Of a stretch of 64,000 nucleotides of DNA, positions 57,372 through 64,000 are shown piece by piece; positions within the stretch are counted from its first letter, which is position 1; each line of letters begins with the position of its first letter. This DNA is from Candidatus Hodarchaeota archaeon (GTDB lineage: Archaea > Asgardarchaeota > Lokiarchaeia > Sigyniarchaeales > SOKP01). The notes beneath the pieces were generated by a model, which did no database searches, was not told the DNA's origin, and saw nothing but the letters and a program-made list of their open reading frames with translations. The stretch covers positions 96,001 through 160,000 of the forward strand of contig JBHLKM010000009.1 of NCBI GenBank assembly GCA_048886685.1. Direction: 5' to 3'. A program made the position numbers and the translations under genes.

Positions 57372-58718
57372 TTATTTTGGATGTTCATTTCGTATAATTG
57401 TGGCAGCACCCATACCTAGACCTACACACATAGAAGATATTGCATATTCTTTGCCAGATTGTTCTAATTGATGAAGATTTGAACCTATTAAACGGGCTCC
57501 AGTCATCCCTGTTGGATGCCCTAATGCAATTGCCCCACCCCAAGGGTTAAATCGTTCATCTTTCCAATCTAATCCTAAATCATAGCAACTAGCATATACA
57601 ACTGGGCTAAAGGCTTCATTTATTTCTATAAAAGCCATATCATCTAAAGTCATATTTGCACGTTTTAAAGCTTCTGGGATTGCTTTTATCGGTCCAGTTA
57701 GCATGAGAACGGGATCAGTGCCTACAACTGCGAAATTGATTATACTTGCTCTTATTTTAAAACCATATTCTTCGGCTAGCGCTCTAGTCATCCATAACTG
57801 GGCAGCAGCACCATCAGTTGTGGGACAACTATTTCCAGCAGTGAGAAAAGCCTTACTTTTTCTTCCAGCAATCGTTCGTAAGCTTGCTAATTTTTCCATT
57901 GATGTGGTAGGTCGAGGAGTTTCATCTTTTTCAGTGAGTACTGATGTACTTGGATCTTTTGCAATTTCTTTCTTTTCATTTAGCATAGGATTACCATTCT
58001 CATCAATTTTAGGGCACCAAATAGGTTCGATTTCTTTTCCTCTTTCATTCCATGTAGAGCATGCTTTTTTATGAGAATGCAAAGATAAACCATCTAATTC
58101 ATTTCTAAATTCTTCTAATGATTTACCAGATTTCTCCATCCAATTTAATCCAAGATAATGAGCAGCAGTAATCTGATCTGCCATTTGGGCTTTATATTCT
58201 TTTGCTTTTTCTACAACTTCAGGATTAGATTGTATCTTTTTATTGGGTGGTATCATTACAGCTTTATTTTGTTCTCTATCGAATATATATGCGTCTGACA
58301 TTATTGGATATTTATTTTGCACTTCCACCCCGCCGCATATTACACAATCATGTATTCCTGAGGCAATTGCCTGCCATGCTGAAATTACAGCTTGCGCACC
58401 ACTCGCACATTGACGGTTTAAAGACATGCCCGGAACGCTTACAGGCAAATGAGCAGCCAATGCAGCAGTCCTTCCAATATCCAAAGCACAATCACCAATC
58501 TGACTATTACATGCAACTATTGAATCACCAATTATACTTGGATCGAAATTATTTCGTTTTAAGATTGTTTGGTAACAATGAACAACGAGATCATCCCCTC
58601 TATGCCATACAATAGTACCTCTTCTTTTTCCCATAGGTGTTCTAACATAATCTACAAGTACTGGTTCTCGTTTAGGATCTTTAAAGTATTTTTCATACAT
58701 ACTTACGGGTTCAGCCAT
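57372..58718 (-). CDS. Acetyl-CoA acyltransferase (degradative thiolase)
   Basis: RTPMG, NRQCASG, EINEAF, GGAIALGHPTG, MCVG.GMG. Confidence 0.93.
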   Translation of the reverse strand: MAEPVSMYEKYFKDPKREPVLVDYVRTPMGKRRGTIVWHRGDDLVVHCYQTILKRNNFDPSIIGDSIVACNSQIGDCALDIGRTAALAAHLPVSVPGMSLNRQCASGAQAVISAWQAIASGIHDCVICGGVEVQNKYPIMSDAYIFDREQNKAVMIPPNKKIQSNPEVVEKAKEYKAQMADQITAAHYLGLNWMEKSGKSLEEFRNELDGLSLHSHKKACSTWNERGKEIEPIWCPKIDENGNPMLNEKKEIAKDPSTSVLTEKDETPRPTTSMEKLASLRTIAGRKSKAFLTAGNSCPTTDGAAAQLWMTRALAEEYGFKIRASIINFAVVGTDPVLMLTGPIKAIPEALKRANMTLDDMAFIEINEAFSPVVYASCYDLGLDWKDERFNPWGGAIALGHPTGMTGARLIGSNLHQLEQSGKEYAISSMCVGLGMGAATIIRNEHPK

Positions 58719-58832
58719 GTTAATTCACACTTTTTAAAGTTTTATAGATTCTAATGTAGTTTAATTAATTAAATTTATTTATAGTTAAGAATTGTTTGAC
58801 ATGAAAATACATATTATTGAGGGAAGAAAAAA

Positions 58833-59723
58833 ATGCTGAGAGGTATCCATTTCTTATTAACTTATACATGTAATTATACATGTGATCACTGTTTTTTATA
58901 TTGTAGCCCAAGTTCTCAGGGAACATTCACTTTAACACAAATAAAAGAAGTCATAAATGAAGCGAAAAAAATTGGTACAGTTGAGTGGATTTATTTTGAA
59001 GGTGGTGAACCCTTTCTTTATTATCCAATAATGGTTGAAGGAATTAAATTTGCTAAGGAGCAGGGATTTAAAGTTGGAATAGTCACAAACTCATATTGGG
59101 CAACAAGCATTACAGATGCAGAAATATGGCTAAAACCGTTCACTGTTTTAGGTGTTGATGATGTTAGTATTAGTGATGACGCTTTCCATTATGAAGATGA
59201 GAAACAAAATTTGTCAAAAGTAGCTAAAAAAGCTTCCGATAATCTAAATTTACCTTCAATGACAATTTGCATTGAGGAACCAACAGTTAAAAAGGAACAA
59301 GAAAAAGGAGAACCAGTTATAAGTGGTGGTGCTATGTTTAAAGGAAGAGCCGTTGAAACTTTGATTGAAGGCTTACCCAAAAGACCATGGGGAGAGTTGA
59401 ATGAATGCCCATATGAGGATTTTAATGGTCTCGGAAGAATTCATGTTGATCCCTTTGGAAATGCACATATTTGTCAAGGATTAAGCATTGGGAACTTTTG
59501 GGAAACCCCATTATCGGAATTAGTTAAAAATTATGATGCCAACTCACACCCAATACTTGGGCCTTTAATTCGAGGAGGCCCTGCACAATTAGTTAAGGAA
59601 TTTGATATTGAGCATGAAAATGAGTATGTGGATGAATGCCATCTTTGTTATCTAGCAAGATTGAGTTTAATTGATAATTTTCCAAAATATCTTGCACCAA
59701 GACAAGTTTATGGATTAGAATAA
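58833..59723 (+). CDS. Radical SAM protein with SPASM/Twitch-like C-terminus
   Basis: CNYTCDHC, EGGEP, C-terminal CP...ICQG...ECHLC. Confidence 0.88.
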   Translation: MLRGIHFLLTYTCNYTCDHCFLYCSPSSQGTFTLTQIKEVINEAKKIGTVEWIYFEGGEPFLYYPIMVEGIKFAKEQGFKVGIVTNSYWATSITDAEIWLKPFTVLGVDDVSISDDAFHYEDEKQNLSKVAKKASDNLNLPSMTICIEEPTVKKEQEKGEPVISGGAMFKGRAVETLIEGLPKRPWGELNECPYEDFNGLGRIHVDPFGNAHICQGLSIGNFWETPLSELVKNYDANSHPILGPLIRGGPAQLVKEFDIEHENEYVDECHLCYLARLSLIDNFPKYLAPRQVYGLE

Positions 59724-59859
59724 ACACCAAGAATGTTAATTTCATTTTTTTTACTTTTCTGTCGATATTTTTCTTTAGTCAAAGTGTTAAATATAACTTC
59801 TTTTGTAATTTTATGGTATGAATTAGATTCATAATAATTTATTTCTCCTCTTTAAAATT

Positions 59860-60294
59860 GATTTAGATGGAAATCTTACTTATTTAAGCCCTCAAACCCT
59901 TCAAATGTTGGGATTTACCCCAAATGAATTGGTAGGTCAAAATGGCTTTAGATTTATACATCCCGAAGATCAAGATAAAGTACTAATAAACCAAAATACT
60001 CCTAAATATGGCAAGATTACAATTAGATCGGAAATTCAAAATGGAAATTATGTCATATCTGTTCAAGATACTGGTATTGGTTTAACAGAGGAAGAAAAAA
60101 AGAAGATTTTCAAAAAATTTGGAAAAGTAGAGCGTTATGGGCAGGGGTTAGATGTTGTTTCTGAAGGTTCTGGTCTAGGCCTCTACATTTCAAAAAAGAT
60201 TATTGAACTTCATGAAGGTAATATCTGGGTCGAATCTGAGGGAAGAAAAAAAGGTTCTATTTTCTATTTCTCTTTACCAATAATAAAGAATTAA
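59860..60294 (+). pseudogene. Internally deleted PAS sensor histidine kinase remnant
   Basis: PAS fragment DLDGNLTYLSPQ..MLGF.P.ELVG....FIHPED is joined directly to a HATPase tail (VQDTGIG, GSGLGL, H.G.IWVES). No HisKA domain or N-box. Confidence 0.75.
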
Positions 60295-60439
60295 AAGAGA
60301 ATTGCCTTTTTTTATCTTTTTTATTTTGTGTTTTAAGAGAATTCAAATAATCAAACACTATTATTTTATTATAATCACTAAAATGGAATAATTGTTTTAA
60401 TAATTTTAATTTTTAACAAAAAAACATCACTGATATATA

Positions 60440-61633
60440 ATGGTATATATAGATAAAAAGAAATTGCAGGCTTTATTTAAGTGGTACATGCAAGAAGTAG
60501 GCGAATCCTTGATATCAGTGCTTGTGGTAGGTCGTGATGGATTGGTAGTGGATATATCAACCCGAGATGTAGAAAATATAGATGAAAAAAAGTTTGTAGG
60601 AGCATTTAGCGCATTAGTAGAATTGGTTCTTAAGAAAATAACTCAAGACTTCGATATTGGCACTTTTGGTGCAGGTACTTTTGATACAGACAAATTTCGT
60701 TTCATTTTTTGCGAATCTGGAACAGATCATGTATTAGTATCTATCCTCCATCCTAAAGCTTTTGTTGATGACATTTTTCCATATACTTATTTAGCAGCGG
60801 ATAAAGTAGCGCGAATAATTGAAGGTGAGCTACCAGTTAGCCCGGTTATTCCTAAGATTAAGAGACAGACTGAGGTTGAAAAAATCAAGCACAAAATGGA
60901 ATATTATCAAAAAGCACCTCTCTCTTCCAAATATGTTTATAAACTGAGTTTAATTGGCGATGGTGGTGTAGGAAAGACTAGTATGGTACAAAGATATGTT
61001 CACGGAATTTTTAAGGCTGATTATAAAGCTACAATTGGAACCTTTATATCTAAAAAAGAATGTCAATTCGATGAATTAAGCACTTCTGTAAGATTCATGA
61101 TTTGGGATCTAGCGGGCCAGAGTCAATTTCAACGCCTTTGGCCAGATTACCTAACTGATTCACGTGCAGGTATTATTGTTTTTGATATAACAAACCGAGA
61201 GTCATTTGAGAACGTGAAAAAATGGTATGACATTATTACAGAAGTAGCTTTTCAAAATATAGTGCTAATATTGGTAGGTAATAAAGTAGACTTAAATCAA
61301 ACTAGAGAAATTACACCAGAAGAAAGCATGGAATTGGCAAAAAATTTAGGAATCTCTTATATAGAGACCTCAGCAAAAACAAATGAAAATATTGATGATG
61401 TGTTCGAATGGATTGCACTTCAAATAATTAATATGAATATCGAAGAAGTAAAGGATACTTTAATAGACAAACAAATTGAGGAGGGTAGCAAATTTATCAT
61501 TTCAAGCCCTCAATTGAAAATCTTGAGCCAATTCTTTACTAAACAGCTAGATTATTGTATCGGTAAAAGTGATACTAAAGAAATCATAAAATACTTAGAT
61601 ATTTTAAAGACGATACAAAAAAATAAGTTATGA
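60440..61633 (+). CDS. Roadblock/LC7-domain plus Rab-like GTPase fusion
   Basis: N-terminal VLVVGRDGLVV roadblock-like fold; GDGGVGKT, ATIG, WDLAGQ, NKVD, ETSAK. Confidence 0.85.
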   Translation: MVYIDKKKLQALFKWYMQEVGESLISVLVVGRDGLVVDISTRDVENIDEKKFVGAFSALVELVLKKITQDFDIGTFGAGTFDTDKFRFIFCESGTDHVLVSILHPKAFVDDIFPYTYLAADKVARIIEGELPVSPVIPKIKRQTEVEKIKHKMEYYQKAPLSSKYVYKLSLIGDGGVGKTSMVQRYVHGIFKADYKATIGTFISKKECQFDELSTSVRFMIWDLAGQSQFQRLWPDYLTDSRAGIIVFDITNRESFENVKKWYDIITEVAFQNIVLILVGNKVDLNQTREITPEESMELAKNLGISYIETSAKTNENIDDVFEWIALQIINMNIEEVKDTLIDKQIEEGSKFIISSPQLKILSQFFTKQLDYCIGKSDTKEIIKYLDILKTIQKNKL

Positions 61634-61650
61634 ATTTTCCCCGAAAAACT

Positions 61651-64000
61651 TCAAGCATCAATATATAGACCCGGTTTAAATGGTCTTGCTTTATTCAATC
61701 TATTTTTTGGATCGAATTCAGAGTTAATCATCAGGGAAGACCTTATTCGTTTTTCGATATATGATTTATATTGCTGGAGTAAAAATACCTCGTCTATTTT
61801 AGGAAGTTTTTTTTCCCATATTCGGTCTTTTAATTGAGTTTTAATGAAGGAAACCAGTTGTTTATTATTCATTAAATCTCTATCTTTCTTCAGTTCAGAA
61901 ATAATCCCATCGAAATTGTCTTTCTTTAAATTTATTTTATCCAAAGCTTTGTACATCCATCTAGGAGCAGTATATACATATACAATATTTGTTTTCTTAG
62001 TTTTCACAATTTTCTTTATGTTTAATACATCTTCAATTGTAGTGGTGATATATTCAAATTCAATTTCAAGATCATTATCGATGTACTCTTTGTTAAAGTC
62101 ACCCCAAACTTCTGTTGATAGAAAACTTTTATTGCCAGCAATTTCCCACAATTCTTCACATACGTGTGGTATAGTTAAGGAGAGAATCTTTAACCAATCT
62201 GGATAAATAACCTTCAATATAAATAAAAAGTCGTCTTCAGTATCAGTATCTCTAGAAAAATCCTGTATTAAATTGAAAACTTCATAAAATGAAATTTGTA
62301 AGTATCTTCTTATGTTAAATTCTTCTAAAGCTTTTTCTGCTTCTATGAATTTTTTGTTAATTTTTGATAATACTACTTTTGAATACTTAGACTTAATATT
62401 TTCATATTTTACTTCGATATTTTTTGATTGTTTAATTTTATCAGAAATAAATACGAAGAATTTTTGAATATGGTTTTTTACGGTCTGGATTTTTCTCTCC
62501 ACCCAATCCACTTTTACATCAAAATCTGCACCGTGTGAAATATAAAATCTAAATAAATCAGCTCCATAATTTTTCTGAATATCTGCTAGAGGAATTACAT
62601 TCCCTTTTGATTTACCCATTTTCTCTCCTTCAATTATCACTGGTTCAATTAGCGATATAATTTTTGGCCAATTTTTCTCTGGAAAAATTGCTACATGGTG
62701 AAAAATATAAAAACTTAAGTGGTTTGAAATGTGCATTATTGCAGTATGACGATGATCAACCGGGTACCAATATAGAAATTCTTTTTGTAGGTCTTTAAGA
62801 ATTTTTTCATCTATACTTATCTTGCTTGATAGTTTTTTTACATCTCCTCTTTCTAAGAAGACATAATCAAAAAATTCTGGAATTAACTGCTCGGGTTTAA
62901 TTCGATGTTGGTTTAATTTATGAAAAATTGTATAAAATGCCATATAAATTGTAGAGTCACTTAAAGATTCTATAATCCATTTTTTATCAAAAGGTAATTT
63001 AGTGCCTAATCCCCGTTTTCGCGCACATGGCCTCTTCTCTAACCAATTAAAGATGTTTTCAAAATTCAATCTATATTTATTAGGTATGATTTTCATATTA
63101 TTCAAGCATTTAAATGCATTTTTCTTCCAATCCCCTGCTTTAAAATTTATAAACCATTGATCTTTAAGAACAGAAACGATTACATTCGCACCACATTTAC
63201 ATTTAAGGTTTTTGGTAGCTGGAATATATAACTTATCTGCTCTATTCTCTTCAACTAAATCTTTAGAAACTTGTTTGGCAGCATCACTTACTTTCAATCC
63301 TTGATATTTACCACATTTTTCATTAAGCACCCCATTATAAAATTCGTTCTTATAATTCTCACTTGTTGCTAAATCTAACATTTTAGCTTCAGATTGTGAA
63401 TTTACATTATATTTTTCACAATAAATTTTAGCAGGAAAATCCTTATATCCCTTTAAATCAAGAATTTTGATAGGATAAATCAAATCAATTTCCGTCTCAT
63501 CCAAATCAAAATTTTTAATTAGTTTTTTATTTTTTTGTAAATCTATAAGAGCAATATAATCATAAGGAGCATGAGCGGGAACAGAATATACTACTCCAGT
63601 AGCAATAGATGTATCTACAAAATCTCCAGGTAGAATCGGAATTTCTTTTATTCCAAATACGCCTGAAGCTTTTTTGCCAATCAATGTTTCTCCCTTAAAA
63701 ATCTCCAAAATCTTAATATCTTTATTTTGGTTCTTTAATAAAATAGTGGCTTCCTCAGAAATGAACCAAATTTCCCCATTTAAAGAGACTTTTATATAAT
63801 TTCGATCTGGTCTAATCCATATATTTGTAACTCCATAAATAGTTTCAGGTCTTAATGTAGCTGCAACAAGAAAACCATCTTTAAAAGGGAACTTAATACA
63901 AATAAATTCATTTATATTTAGATCTAACTCATCTCCACCTGAAATGTCGTCTTCTCCTACAGCATTTTTATCTTGAGGGCAATATAAAATAGGATATTCC
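61651..64000 (-). CDS. leuS: Leucyl-tRNA synthetase, archaeal type (5' part outside window)
   Basis: AATLRPET (upstream of the ORF-track start; frame open to window end), TGVVYSVPAHAPYD editing motif, WIIESLSDSTIY, NHLSF, KMGKS. Confidence 0.95.
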   Translation of the reverse strand, partial: EYPILYCPQDKNAVGEDDISGGDELDLNINEFICIKFPFKDGFLVAATLRPETIYGVTNIWIRPDRNYIKVSLNGEIWFISEEATILLKNQNKDIKILEIFKGETLIGKKASGVFGIKEIPILPGDFVDTSIATGVVYSVPAHAPYDYIALIDLQKNKKLIKNFDLDETEIDLIYPIKILDLKGYKDFPAKIYCEKYNVNSQSEAKMLDLATSENYKNEFYNGVLNEKCGKYQGLKVSDAAKQVSKDLVEENRADKLYIPATKNLKCKCGANVIVSVLKDQWFINFKAGDWKKNAFKCLNNMKIIPNKYRLNFENIFNWLEKRPCARKRGLGTKLPFDKKWIIESLSDSTIYMAFYTIFHKLNQHRIKPEQLIPEFFDYVFLERGDVKKLSSKISIDEKILKDLQKEFLYWYPVDHRHTAIMHISNHLSFYIFHHVAIFPEKNWPKIISLIEPVIIEGEKMGKSKGNVIPLADIQKNYGADLFRFYISHGADFDVKVDWVERKIQTVKNHIQKFFVFISDKIKQSKNIEVKYENIKSKYSKVVLSKINKKFIEAEKALEEFNIRRYLQISFYEVFNLIQDFSRDTDTEDDFLFILKVIYPDWLKILSLTIPHVCEELWEIAGNKSFLSTEVWGDFNKEYIDNDLEIEFEYITTTIEDVLNIKKIVKTKKTNIVYVYTAPRWMYKALDKINLKKDNFDGIISELKKDRDLMNNKQLVSFIKTQLKDRIWEKKLPKIDEVFLLQQYKSYIEKRIRSSLMINSEFDPKNRLNKARPFKPGLYIDA

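Noticed and set aside
1214-62206. Many short ORF-track entries antisense to or nested in long genes (e.g. 1214, 2533, 14436, 38186, 57703, 58247, 61844)
   Set aside because: Shadow frames of well-supported genes with no recognisable motifs.
1-64000. tRNA, rRNA, transposase or integrase genes
   Set aside because: No cloverleaf, rRNA-like GC-rich tract or recombinase motifs recognised by eye; a tRNAscan/Infernal run would be needed to exclude them.

Overview
AT-rich archaeal DNA that looks like an Asgard archaeon of the Lokiarchaeia type. The evidence is three stand-alone Rab-like small GTPases, a roadblock/LC7-GTPase fusion, an archaeal-type LeuRS, a DUF35 protein and an eIF2B-like protein; the taxonomy is inferred from gene content only. 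Two systems stand out. (1) At 31.9-48.0 kb is an apparently self-contained lipid/polyketide synthesis cluster. A 3523-aa single-chain Pfa-like megasynthase (ER-like, ER, KS, AT, KS, 3xACP, KR, DH, Sfp-type PPTase) sits with biotin carboxylase, BCCP, carboxyltransferase, biotin ligase and an alpha/beta-hydrolase. All three ACPs carry Thr instead of the canonical phosphopantetheine-accepting Ser (LGIDTVK), and both KS domains keep Cys-His-His. (2) At 20.7-29.8 kb is a tandemly duplicated regulatory module: a Rab-like GTPase and microprotein(s) divergent from a tandem-wHTH/TPR protein. It includes a family of small NP[RK]Y[FL]EE proteins, unannotated 26-58 aa ORFs, and a repeated 16-bp palindrome (consensus AACTYY-N4-RRAGTT) at fixed spacing from TATA-like boxes. 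The rest is anaerobic carbon metabolism (GlcD/GlcF-like dehydrogenase, TfrAB-type fumarate reductase, class I fumarase, methylmalonyl-CoA mutase, 2-oxoacid:ferredoxin oxidoreductase, beta-oxidation/ETF), peptidases, radical SAM enzymes and two gene remnants. No rRNA, tRNA, CRISPR array or IS element was recognised. All calls come from reading motifs by eye; no database searches were run.
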